This document shows positions 29,030 to 39,847 of a stretch of 64,000 nucleotides of DNA, piece after piece; positions within the stretch are counted from its first letter, which is position 1, and the number at the start of each line of letters is the position of its first letter. This DNA is from a virus (lineage: Duplodnaviria; Caudoviricetes). Below the pieces are notes generated by a model that made no database searches, had not been told where the DNA came from, and saw only the letters and a list, made by a program, of their open reading frames with translations. A program made the translations under genes and the position numbers. The stretch covers positions 69,444 through 133,443 of IMG/VR virus record IMGVR_UViG_3300029288_001928, one strand, 5' to 3'.

Positions 29030-29814
29030 TCAATTTAAATCTTTTGGTAAATTGTTCACTAAATCTAATAATGCTTCTTTTATTGTATTTCCTTGACCAT
29101 GAACAAAACCAGTTTTCCAGAAAAATGAATATTTTGGTCTTGTATCCATTGTAACTGTTAAAAATGGTTCTTTTAAGTTTGATGACCAGTGTAACATATA
29201 TAGGTTTTCGTCTATTTCTATAGTGAATGGAACCTTTATGGTTATAAACTCATTTATTATGTGTTGCATATAGGTTTTCTTTTAAAACTAGTATAATTAT
29301 ATAAGTTTAAATGTCAAATATATTTTAAGTTTCTAAAAAATGTTTAAGATCATAATATGCTTTTGCTAAATCAAATATAGCATCCTCTAATGTTGATCCT
29401 ATTCCAAAAACTTCATATTTTGAATATTCTGTTTTTATAGAAACATCAAACATTATTATTGTATTATATTTCAATAAATATTCTTTTTCATCTAATATTA
29501 TTGTTGATGGTGGTGATTCGCAGTGTTTCATTTTTAAATTAAATTTAAAGTCAACTTAAATTTTTTGGTAAATTGTTCACCAAATCTAATATTGATTCTT
29601 CTACTGTATTTCCTGTTCCTTGTATATTATTACGAAATATATACATTTTAGCACTACTATCATAGTATTTTTCTGCATTTATGTATATTACAGCAGTTAA
29701 GTATGATCCTATTAATCCATTATATGATGTAGTTGAATAACCCCACGATAAATTATATATTTTACCATTTATTTCAATTATGTCAGGACATTTTTCGACT
29801 AAATTATCTAGCAT
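29030..29814 (-). CDS. Three paralogous small proteins with HicB-like G.G.T..EA/SI.DL motif (29030-29269, 29325-29531, 29551-29814)
   Basis: GQGNTIKEALLDLVNNLPK, GIGSTLEDAIFDL, GTGNTVEESILDLVNNLPK. Confidence 0.6.
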
Positions 29815-29830
29815 ACATTTATTCTAACAG

Positions 29831-30331
29831 TCAAGTTTTCTTTGTCAAATTTAAAATAATTGATTTTGGTTGAAATGTTGATTCTGAAAATTTTATATTA
29901 TAATCATTCCAAAATGAATCATTTTTAATAAATCTTTCAATTAATCTAACGTATAATTTTCCTCGTTTAGATTCAAACGGAGAAGATGGTTTATCCTCAT
30001 CTTCTGTCAACTGTGGAGCTAAAATTATATTTAAAACTGAATCATATTTTATTACTTCATGTACAAACGATTTTAAAATATCTCCAAATATTGTATTAAG
30101 TATTGGGATTACTTCATCTGGTTGATTTGTTAATGTTCTGGTATCTATATCAGATGATGTTCCTGTTCCGAAAGACATTTCATATCCATATTTGGGATCT
30201 AATTCAAATGCCACAATATAATGATTATTTTTTGAATCAAACTGATATTCTATAGTTCTATCAGTATTTTGTGTTTCTTTAAATGAAAAATTTTCCATTA
30301 ACGATTGTGTGTAAAATTCTTTAAATAACAT
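29831..30331 (-). CDS. Hypothetical late protein with capsid-targeting-like N-terminus
   Basis: MLFKEFYTQSLME; TATAAATA 5 nt upstream (30337-30344, minus strand). Confidence 0.65.
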   Translation of the reverse strand: MLFKEFYTQSLMENFSFKETQNTDRTIEYQFDSKNNHYIVAFELDPKYGYEMSFGTGTSSDIDTRTLTNQPDEVIPILNTIFGDILKSFVHEVIKYDSVLNIILAPQLTEDEDKPSSPFESKRGKLYVRLIERFIKNDSFWNDYNIKFSESTFQPKSIILNLTKKT

Positions 30332-31071
30332 GAATATATTTATATTAATTTTTCGTTATATAGATACCAATACAAAGAAAATCTATTTTTTATATATAGA
30401 AAATTTGTAGGAGTATCCTTAAAAGAATCTGACGAAAACCTAATAGATTTTCCTAAATTAAGATCATTATATTTAGATGACGAAAATAATGTCTTATCTG
30501 ATTGCCACCAAACAAAATCATTTATATTTATTTTTATATCTATATGATTTAATAATTTTATAAAAACACTATCATTTTTATCTTTTATATGTAAAAGATA
30601 ATTTCCATATATAGTTTTAGTATAAAATTTTATTTTCCCACCAATCAAATTCGTTCCAAATTTTCGTCGTCTGGTCTAATTGTAGATACTGTTAATAAAG
30701 CTTTTGATGCATCACCAAGAGGAAAATTGCATTTATATTTTGGCATTGAAGAAATTAAATCTGACATTCCGCCAAAAAGATTTCCTATTACAACAGTTTC
30801 GTTTCCACAATCTTCAATTGTATTTTCCGTTATTAGCACACCAACAACAACATATTTATTTAACTTTTTCCCCTGTATATCAACGGTTCCTTTGTTCCAT
30901 ACTACGGCTTTTAGACCTTCCTGGCGCATAAAAACTCCTTTTGTTGATGATAAATTATATCTAGAACTAAAAGGAAGTCAAATATTTTCAACCAGCATAC
31001 ACAGGCATTTCGTTATCTGATACTGTATCAACAAATATTGGTCTAATGTATACATTATTAAATTCATTTAC

Positions 31072-32486
31072 AATTCTGTCGCAAGAAAGCCCTCTCCATT
31101 TAGGGAAGGGATGAATTGCGACTCTGAATAAACTTTCTTATTGAAAATAATTTAAGATTTGGTATAATTGGGATATAAATAAAAATAGGAAGTTACTATA
31201 GTATGAATTGTATTAATCAAAGAATAAAGACAAAGAAAGAAACATCTGCCCGAAGGGCAGATATGTCTGTCTGTTGTTATGAATTGAAAATACAAGAAAA
31301 TAAACTTTCAACTAAACAATACCAAAAATTAATAGATTATTTCAAACAAGCAAAATATTTAACTAACTCAATTATCGGAAGTAAAGATGTTTTTAATTAT
31401 GATTATAAAACAAAACAAGTGGAAATAAAATGGAAAGAAAATAATATAGAAAAAACAGAAACCAAAAATATTTCTCTTCCTTCTCAAATTAAACAAGATA
31501 TAAAAACAAAAATAATAACAAATATATTAAATTTGAATAAAGCAAAAAAGAAAGGTATGAAAGTTGGTAAATTAAAATTCAGAAAAGAAATTAATTCCAT
31601 TGGTCTTAAACAATTTGGATGTACTTGGAAATTTGGACCAAAAAATAAAGTTCATATTGCTGGTGTTGGATTTGTTAAAGTCAATGGTATTGATCAAATA
31701 CCAAAAGATATATCAGAATTTGGTTGTGCTAAATTAATTAGAAAATCAACTGGTTATTTTGTTCAAATAACTGGATTCAAACCAAAAGACCAAATACAAA
31801 ATATGGAAATTGATAAATCTGATATAGTTGGATTAGATTTTGGTATTAAAGATGATATAACTTTATCTACTGGCGAAAAAATAAACTTTGATTTCAATAC
31901 AAATAATATTATTAGAGAACAAAAACGTCTAAGTAAAAAGAAAAAAGGAAGTAAAAATAGATTCAAACAAATACTAAAATTGAAAAAACAACACCAAAAA
32001 TTAGTAAATAAAAAGAATGATACTTCTAATAAATTCGTCTCAACATTAAAAAATAAATACAAATTGATTTGTATTCAGGACGAAAATATTAAAGGATGGC
32101 ATTCTGGATTTTTCGGAAAACAAGTTCAACATTCAATACTAGGTAGGATAAAAAGCAAGTTGATGAAACTTAATACTACATTAGTTGTTGATCGTTTCCA
32201 ACCAAGTACAAAACTATGTCCTATGTGTGGATCATTAAATAAATTAAAACTAAATGATCGTATATATAAATGTAGTTGTGGATTTTGCGAAGATCGTGAT
32301 ATTAAATCTGCAAAATTAATCACTGTACTTGCTCTAAATCAATATATAGGTACGGAACATACCAATTTTAAGCCTGTGGAGATACTAACCTCTGGTTTAT
32401 CTGAAAAGTATAATATACTTTTTAATAATATTAAGTTAGAATCGTTGAATCAGGAAGCCCCTATCCTTTAGGATGGGGTAGTTCAC
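31072..32486 (+). mobile_element. IS200/IS605-superfamily tnpB-only element; left boundary approximate
   Basis: Related subterminal hairpins AAGCCCTCTCCATTTAGGGAAGGG (left) and GAAGCCCCTATCCTTTAGGATGGGGTAGTTCAC (right); no tnpA; opposite strand to its neighbours. Confidence 0.8.
31203..32471 (+). CDS. tnpB: TnpB RNA-guided nuclease family protein
   Basis: RuvC-I GLDFG, RuvC-II-like IQDE, zinc finger CPMCG...CSCG, RuvC-III DRDIKSA. Confidence 0.9.
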   Translation: MNCINQRIKTKKETSARRADMSVCCYELKIQENKLSTKQYQKLIDYFKQAKYLTNSIIGSKDVFNYDYKTKQVEIKWKENNIEKTETKNISLPSQIKQDIKTKIITNILNLNKAKKKGMKVGKLKFRKEINSIGLKQFGCTWKFGPKNKVHIAGVGFVKVNGIDQIPKDISEFGCAKLIRKSTGYFVQITGFKPKDQIQNMEIDKSDIVGLDFGIKDDITLSTGEKINFDFNTNNIIREQKRLSKKKKGSKNRFKQILKLKKQHQKLVNKKNDTSNKFVSTLKNKYKLICIQDENIKGWHSGFFGKQVQHSILGRIKSKLMKLNTTLVVDRFQPSTKLCPMCGSLNKLKLNDRIYKCSCGFCEDRDIKSAKLITVLALNQYIGTEHTNFKPVEILTSGLSEKYNILFNNIKLESLNQEAPIL

Positions 32487-32491
32487 AATAT

Positions 32492-32692
32492 TTATGCTCT
32501 TTTATCTACTAATTCGATATTATTTTCTTCTAAAAGATCTATTAAATAATCAATTTGATTTTCATCTTTTGTTATATCTGGTAATATATGATTTATTTCA
32601 TCATATGTTATTTGTTTTGTGTGTTTCACAATAGTTGCTTCTATGATAGATATAACAGATGCATCAATTAATATTTCATCGGTTTTTGTCAT
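32492..32692 (-). CDS. Stand-alone sigma70 region 1.1-like protein
   Basis: QITYDEINHILP....NQIDYLIDLLEENNIELV matches the RpoD region 1.1 pattern LTY.EIN..LP...DQI..I...L...GI.V. Confidence 0.7.
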   Translation of the reverse strand: MTKTDEILIDASVISIIEATIVKHTKQITYDEINHILPDITKDENQIDYLIDLLEENNIELVDKRA

Positions 32693-32709
32693 TTTAAATC
32701 CTAAATAGA

Positions 32710-32743
32710 AAAATCCCACAGGAGTCATAAATTCCTGTGGGAC
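32710..32743 (-). terminator. Intrinsic terminator
   Basis: TCCCACAGGA/TCCTGTGGGA stem with an A-run on its left (U-tract on the minus strand). Confidence 0.7.
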
Positions 32744-33553
32744 CGTTGTTTATATTAAATCAATCGTCGTCAGAACGTTTTGCTTTATCCAACTCCTTCA
32801 ATTGATCAAGAGTATATTTGAATAATCGTCCTTCTGTATTTCGTACATGAATAATATCAGAAAGTTTATACCGATATGATTCATTGAATTCTTTAGCCGC
32901 CCGACTAGGGCATTCAGAATCCATCTTCCAAGCGGTGCTTTCCGGTTGGCAGTCATAGAATACGAAAAATGGCCTACGCTCGCTCATGGTAATCTCCTTA
33001 TAGGCGAGGGTTATTGTGATGTGCTCATTATATGAGGATCATTTTAAAAGTCAAATACTTTCTATTTCTGAAATATGAACAAGATACCCAAATGGACCAA
33101 TCTTTCCATACAATACTTCATCATCTTCTGGTAGATTGCTTGAGGTTGCTCTAAGTTTATAATTAAAGCATGCTGGATTGGTATCGCACTTTGTCCATGA
33201 TTTTTTGGCAATACGATCCCACCAATCTTCTACTAAAAATTCTTTATCAGAAATCATAGAATTACTATGTTTGATTTTTACGGTATGTCCTGCCAAATGT
33301 GAAGATGTTTTGTGTGCCATATTACACCTTTAACATGGTATTTATGTTATTTCGGATTTTTAATATGCCTTCTTCTATTCCTTGCATTTTTCCAGTTTCA
33401 AATATTTTTATAATAACTGATTCTAAAGTCATTTTATTAATATTTGAAAAATCTATGATTCCAATTTCTTTGTGCGAAAAAACATTATATACACCAAATA
33501 CTTCTTCAAATCCCATAGGGATTAATATGGTTATTAATGTTTCGTGTAAATTT

Positions 33554-34370
33554 TTAATTTTTTGGTTCATTTTCATCTTTCCAGACATATTTAAAATCAT
33601 TTTCTTTTTCGTCCCAACACAATTTACAGAATCCTATTTTTTCTAAGTTTGAACTTATTTTATACAGTATATATGAACGTACATTTGTAAATAATGTACC
33701 AATATCTGAGTTAAAAATATACATAGTATTTGTTATTGGGTCTACTTTTATAAATGGAGTTGCTTCTAATTCAATTTCTTTTAACGTAATAAAATTATCA
33801 TAATCTGGAGGGGTAAGCATAGATATAGAATTTTCAAGTTCATTCATTATTATATTTGTTTTTTCGTCCTCAGACATGCTTTCTGAAAAACCAGATAATG
33901 CGTTTAATGTATGTAAAAAAAATACACGGAAAGACTTATAAAATTCATTTTTATCTTCTATTGTTGTTTTAGTATTATTTTTCATTTTTATTCTCCTTTT
34001 TTCTATATATAAAATCTTCTTTATTTGCATCCCAACACAATTCTAAGTATCCTGCTTTTTCTAGATTATTTGATAACTTATATATCATTTTAACTGATAC
34101 ATCTGGTATCATTTTTGATATTATTTCATCTGTGATATAAAATTCATGTGTTATTTGATCTTTACGAATATATTCATCTACTGCCAATTTTATTTCATCT
34201 AATGTCATAAGGTCGTCTAATTCATTAGATTGTATTAAATATTGTGAATTTTCGAAGTTTTCATCAAGTAAATCTGTTTTATCTTCAATATCTGGATTAC
34301 TTAAAGATATTTCTACATTACAAAATGCATATGTTCTAACAAATCTCAAAAAAATATTCCATGTCATCAA
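33554..34370 (-). CDS. Tandem paralogous hypothetical proteins (33554-33985, 33975-34370)
   Basis: Shared D...TL.EI.L...D.IT...YI...YK.S.NLEK.G...LCWD....DF.Y. Confidence 0.7.
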
Positions 34371-35218
34371 TATGAATTGGATCTTCCATTTAAGTTCCTT
34401 ATAAAAATAAAATTATATCGTACTAAAATTGGATGTCAAATTATTTTTTAATTATTTTTGTAGTTTCAATTTTTTTAATTTGACTATTTGAAAAAACTTT
34501 TAAATAATAAATATTTATTTTACGAATTGCTTCTTTTTTTCGTTCTGTATAATTCAACCACAAAAACCAATTTTTTCTAAGACTTGATATTGAATATGCA
34601 AATACGTTTGCTGCAAGTACGGGATAATCTGCATGTTTAATCCATTCTGGGTTTCTCTTGCATTCTCTTCTAGTTTTGCAAGGAAACTTAGGACGATAAC
34701 AATAATTATTGAGGCGACGGCCACCCATTTGTCATATCTCATTTCTTGGCCTTTTTTGGACTTCTACGGTTTGCAATAATTGATTCTGCCTGTGCCATCA
34801 ATTCAAGAATATGCCAAATTTCTTTCCCTGCAAGTGTTTCTAATAAATCTTCATAATACTTTACTAATGATTCAAGAGTTTCCGTATCTTTCTTTTTGAT
34901 TTCTTTTTCCTCAAACACCAAAACTGGTTCACTTAAAAGTGCTGATCTAACTTTATAATTTAATTTTAGATGCATGTTATGTTCCTTTTAAAAGGAGTGT
35001 GTTCTTGAGTTTAAGATAATCTTTTCTTTAGTCATAACTTCTTGTTCTGCTAATGTAATGTCCCAAAATAAGTTACATACATTATTAGCTGGTGTCATAC
35101 TTTTTCCATTTTTGTCTCTTTTACATTTTTCCGAATAACATGCTCCATTCTCTTCCCACCAGCATTGTTTACAACTCTTTTTATCTTCTGCCATATTATA
35201 ATCCCTTTCATACTGAAG

Positions 35219-35599
35219 TCAAGAGATATGTATTTCTTCTAATGCATTTCCTCCAATGGATTTATGTATAAATTGCCAACGATCACCATGCGAACTATAC
35301 TTGTACAAAATGAATTCAATCGCATGTGCTATTTCATGTGACATTGTTTCATATCGAACATTGTCAGATGTGTTAATTAATGTCTTTAGGTTACAATAAA
35401 TAGTACACTTATTTGTATCTTTATTAAATCTACATTTTGCTATTGATCTTTTTAAATTAAAATTTTCTTTTATCTCAATTTCATGAGATTCTAATAACTT
35501 AGTTGTCTCTTCATTTGAAATAGTATAAAATCTTCCCAAAGCAATAGATGCATGGTCTTGAAGATTATCCAATAATGCTTCTTTTAATTCTTTTAACAT
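35219..35599 (-). CDS. SprT-like metalloprotease domain protein
   Basis: TMSHEIAH...HGDRWQ....GG. Confidence 0.75.
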   Translation of the reverse strand: MLKELKEALLDNLQDHASIALGRFYTISNEETTKLLESHEIEIKENFNLKRSIAKCRFNKDTNKCTIYCNLKTLINTSDNVRYETMSHEIAHAIEFILYKYSSHGDRWQFIHKSIGGNALEEIHIS

Positions 35600-36631
35600 A
35601 AATGTGATTCTTCTAAAATTTTGTTTGTAGATTTTTGTAGATCTTCAAAAAGTTTAGATAGATCCTTTTCTGATATATGTTTAGATGTTATTACTACATC
35701 ATTAATTAACTCTATTAGTTTTGATAAAGTTTTTTTATTTTTATTTAATTCTGGTCGTAATGCATTTCCACAACAACATATATATCCACATAAAGGACAA
35801 GGAGGCATTTCCCACATGATTTTCTCCTATGATCGAATTATATTCAACTTTTTTAAAAAGTCAATATCAAATCATAGGAAAGTATAAATCACCTAATCTG
35901 TGAAACTGTAGCATCCACAATGAACTTAGATCAAAACGAAAAAGAGGATATTCCCATTTGTTTCCTCCATCTACATAAACAATCTTATCTCTTACAAATA
36001 TGTCCATTATTGTATATAAAGATGCTCTAATCCTATGATAATCTGTACCTAAAGATTTTTCAACTTCATATTTTGATTTTAAAATATTTAATATTTCTTT
36101 TTCCCATACATTAGGTTTACACCAAGTAAATAATTCTTTCTTAGATGTAAATGCTTTTATTGTAGCATGTAAGACATCAATTGTTAATATGTCATCAAAT
36201 AAATTATTCACTTGTTTATATCTTGCATAAGGAAAATATATTCGATGTGAGATGTTTGGACTCCAGTTAAATAAGAACTATTCTTATTTATCCGGATTTA
36301 GTATATATTTAGTAACCCAATTTTTCCATACTTTTACAAAATGATCAGGAATTATTATTTTTGCATCAATTTGTTTTTTTAATAAATTATCAATTGAATA
36401 TTGAGTTGAAAGATATTTAAATTCGTTTTCAAATATATTAGGAATAAAAGAAATATCACCACTTATATATGTAACATATAAGTAGCGATACAATTCATAA
36501 ATATCTAATAATGGTCCTTGATCGGAATAACAAAATTCTCTTGTCAAATCAGACAAAGAACACGGCTGATTTAAAGTAATATACCTTGTTATATATTTTT
36601 TATGATCAAATGATAATCCCATTAAACATAT

Positions 36632-37249
36632 TTAGATTCCAAAATACGTGAATTTTATTCTTTTACTTATCATTTCTGTTATTGAGGTTTCCATATTTCC
36701 CATAGGAACATCAACCTCTTTGCATGCATCTAAAATAACAGTAGTTGTATATCCTAAATCTACTGCATCTAATGCAGTAAATTTAACACAATAATCAGTA
36801 GCGAGTCCACAAATAAACAATTCTGAAATATTATGATCTTTTAGATATTGGTTTAAACCTGTATCATTTTTCTTATTGTTATCGAAAAATGCACTATAGC
36901 TATCAACTGTAGGATCTGTACCTTTTTGGAAAATTTTATTTATTTTATGTTTATTTAAGTCTGAATGCAACTGTGCGCCATATGTATTTTGTACACAATG
37001 GATTGGCCACAACATTTGAGGACTTCCACTTAATGTTCCCATAGTGTATGGATCTTTATTATGATTTACTGCAAAACTTCCATGTGATATAGGATGCCAA
37101 TCTTGGGTTGCAATAATAAGATCATTATTATTACTAAATTGTTCTATAATCGCGTTTGCAGGATATACAACAGTATTTCCTAATGGTACTGCTAATTGTC
37201 CGTCTGGACAAAAATCATTTTGAATATCTACTAGTATTAATGCTTTCAT
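36632..37249 (-). CDS. pncA: Nicotinamidase/pyrazinamidase
   Basis: VDIQNDF, TQDWHP..H.SF, WP.HCVQ, KG...DSYSAF, GLATDYCV..TA.DA; catalytic D, K and C intact. Confidence 0.96.
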   Translation of the reverse strand: MKALILVDIQNDFCPDGQLAVPLGNTVVYPANAIIEQFSNNNDLIIATQDWHPISHGSFAVNHNKDPYTMGTLSGSPQMLWPIHCVQNTYGAQLHSDLNKHKINKIFQKGTDPTVDSYSAFFDNNKKNDTGLNQYLKDHNISELFICGLATDYCVKFTALDAVDLGYTTTVILDACKEVDVPMGNMETSITEMISKRIKFTYFGI

Positions 37250-37262
37250 GTCTAGTTCCTTT

Positions 37263-38120
37263 CTAAAGTAAAATGCTTCCCTTTAAACTCCAATCAGTGT
37301 AAAGATTTCCAGTTGGATAAAATATTAATTGTCTAATTGTTTCTTCTGATGGGTCTATCGTTAAACAGTTTGTTAAACAGAAATTTTGACCGAATAAATC
37401 ATATACTGCCGCACCATGTAAAAGATTGTAAAGTAATTTACCATTCTTAATAACAAAATCTTTTATAGACTCTATTTGTGACGGGTCCAAACTATTTTTT
37501 AAGATCCATTCCATAGTCGTATTTTCTGGATGAGAAACTGGTCTCCATGTTAATTGTTTAACTCCTAGTTTATCTGCCCATGACAATAACATTTTAATTT
37601 TATTTGGAGAATCAATACCTCCTTTTATACCCATTGTAGTTAGTCGTGCATTTATTCCATAAGATTTACATTTATTTACTATTTTTTCTATATCAATCCA
37701 TCGTGGATCATTTGGAAAATAAATTTGTCTATTTAATTCTGCATCGTATCCAACATTACTAATAAGAATAGTTGTTAATCCTAGTTGTGCCCATTCGCTC
37801 AAAAATTGGTTAATCGAATCATCTTCAAGTATTTTTCCATTTGTTTGCAATTCTATGAAAGGGAAATTAAATTTATTTAACTCTTCTAAATATGTGGTAA
37901 TTTGAGTTGGAAATAATAACGTTTCCCCTTTTCCTGTGAGTATAACAGTAGTAACATTACCTATTTCTGCTAATCTAAGAGATTTTTTTAGATTTCTTAT
38001 ATTAATAGAATCACATATTAACTTTTCATTTGGAAGAAATGTCATTTTAGAAATACAAAATGGGCATGATGCGTTGCATGCTTTAGTACCAACTACTAAT
38101 GATAAAGTTTGAAATTTCAT
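37263..38120 (-). CDS. Radical SAM enzyme of unknown function within the NAD cluster
   Basis: CNASCPFC (CxxxCxxC), LTGKGE, ELQTNG. Confidence 0.88.
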   Translation of the reverse strand: MKFQTLSLVVGTKACNASCPFCISKMTFLPNEKLICDSINIRNLKKSLRLAEIGNVTTVILTGKGETLLFPTQITTYLEELNKFNFPFIELQTNGKILEDDSINQFLSEWAQLGLTTILISNVGYDAELNRQIYFPNDPRWIDIEKIVNKCKSYGINARLTTMGIKGGIDSPNKIKMLLSWADKLGVKQLTWRPVSHPENTTMEWILKNSLDPSQIESIKDFVIKNGKLLYNLLHGAAVYDLFGQNFCLTNCLTIDPSEETIRQLIFYPTGNLYTDWSLKGSILL

Positions 38121-38167
38121 TCTGTTTCCTTAGCTACATTATAATAATAAGTTTAAAATAGTCAATA

Positions 38168-39838
38168 TCATTTTTTTACAATTGGTAATCTACGTCCGGT
38201 CCCAAATGCTACTTTACTTAGTTTTATAGTTGGGCAGGCTTGTCTACGTTTAAACTCACTATTGTATATTAATCTTGTAATCCTATTATAATCATTTTTA
38301 GTAACGGATGATTTTGTAATTTCATAATATGTTTCGTAATCTGTTACATAATCTTCAATATAAAGACGGCAAATTTCATCCAACAATGGATATGGCAATA
38401 GACTTTGTTCATCTGTTTGACCGGGACGCAATTCTGCACTTGGAGCCTTGTTAATAATATTAGTTGGTATCAGATCAGAATATAACATATTTATTATGCG
38501 TGCCATTTCATATACTTCGCATTTATACAAATCTCCAATAGGATTAAATGTTCCTGCCATATCTCCAAACAAGGTGCTGTAACTCACGGATAGCTCCGTT
38601 TTATTTCCTGTAGTTAATGATAATGCTCCTGTAGCATTACTAAAATGCATAACTATTTGTCCACGCATCCTTGCTTGTAAATTTTCATCAGCAACAGTAT
38701 TATAATTTTCTAAGTGTAAATTGGAATTTATTGTATGTAATAAATCTTCATGCTTTATAGGTACTAAATATTCATTACATTTTAAATTCGTATGTAATTG
38801 TTTCGCATCTAATAAACTACCTTCACTACTGTAAATAGATGGCATCATTATACAATTTACATTAGTTGGACCAAATGCTAATGTAGAAAGAGTAGCGACC
38901 AATGCACTATCAATACCTCCGCTACTACCTATTACAATTTTTGAAAATCCACTTTTAGTTACATAATCATATAATCCCAATAAAACCATTTTTAGATGAT
39001 CAAATTCTAAAATAGGAGTAAAATATGAACAATTCACTCCCTTTGCAGGAATATCCATAGTTTTAAATATATCAATTTCTTTTTTGGGTAATATATCAGT
39101 TTGAATTAATTTATATATATCACCATTTGAAATAACACAACTATGTCCATCAAATATTAATTCGTCGTTCCCACCAATTTGATTAACATAAATCAAATTT
39201 ATAGGATTATTCCAGTTTTTTGTAACAGACTTCAACAAATTAATTCTTGCAATTGGTTTATTTTTTGAATATGGAGAACTGTTGATGCTAAAAATATAAT
39301 TAACACCAATATCTTTTAATTGTGTTATAGGATCATCTTTATATCTAATATTTCCTGTTTCTCCTTTGTCACTTCTCCATAAATCTTCACAAATTAATAC
39401 AGAACATAAATTATTATTTACTTTAAATATGCATGGTTCGGTTCCTGGTTCAAAATATAAAAATTCTTCGAAAACGTTATATGCTGGCAAAAGTCTTTTT
39501 TGATATGTAGCAGAAATTACCCCATTTTGTATAATTGCGGCCATGTTTCTAAATGGCTTTCCATATCCTTTATAATTCCTATCAATATAACCAACAATAA
39601 CTGTCAATTTAGCGTTTTTGGTTAATTCTGCTATTTTCTGTAAATAAAGTAGGTTCTTCTCAATAAACCCATGAGTGTAAACTAAATCCCTTACTAAGTA
39701 ACCAGGAATTGATAATTCTGGAAATACAACAACATCAGAATCATCAGATATTGCAGAGTTAATACCATTTAAAATCTTTGAAAAGTTGCCTTCAAAGTCA
39801 TTTGGTGTAGTGTTAATTTGTGCTATAGTTATTTTCAT
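38168..39838 (-). CDS. nadE: Glutamine-dependent NAD+ synthetase
   Basis: Nitrilase-like domain (FPEL..PGY, K..LP.Y.VF.E, ICEDLW) plus synthetase domain (SGGIDS, ENLQARMRG, TGNK.E, KAPSAELRP.Q.D, EFKRRQ). Confidence 0.96.
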   Translation of the reverse strand: MKITIAQINTTPNDFEGNFSKILNGINSAISDDSDVVVFPELSIPGYLVRDLVYTHGFIEKNLLYLQKIAELTKNAKLTVIVGYIDRNYKGYGKPFRNMAAIIQNGVISATYQKRLLPAYNVFEEFLYFEPGTEPCIFKVNNNLCSVLICEDLWRSDKGETGNIRYKDDPITQLKDIGVNYIFSINSSPYSKNKPIARINLLKSVTKNWNNPINLIYVNQIGGNDELIFDGHSCVISNGDIYKLIQTDILPKKEIDIFKTMDIPAKGVNCSYFTPILEFDHLKMVLLGLYDYVTKSGFSKIVIGSSGGIDSALVATLSTLAFGPTNVNCIMMPSIYSSEGSLLDAKQLHTNLKCNEYLVPIKHEDLLHTINSNLHLENYNTVADENLQARMRGQIVMHFSNATGALSLTTGNKTELSVSYSTLFGDMAGTFNPIGDLYKCEVYEMARIINMLYSDLIPTNIINKAPSAELRPGQTDEQSLLPYPLLDEICRLYIEDYVTDYETYYEITKSSVTKNDYNRITRLIYNSEFKRRQACPTIKLSKVAFGTGRRLPIVKK

Positions 39839-39847
39839 TTTATTTCC

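Noticed and set aside
31203-32471. Cas12f/Cas14 call
   Set aside because: No CRISPR array, and IS-type terminal hairpins flank the gene, so TnpB fits better
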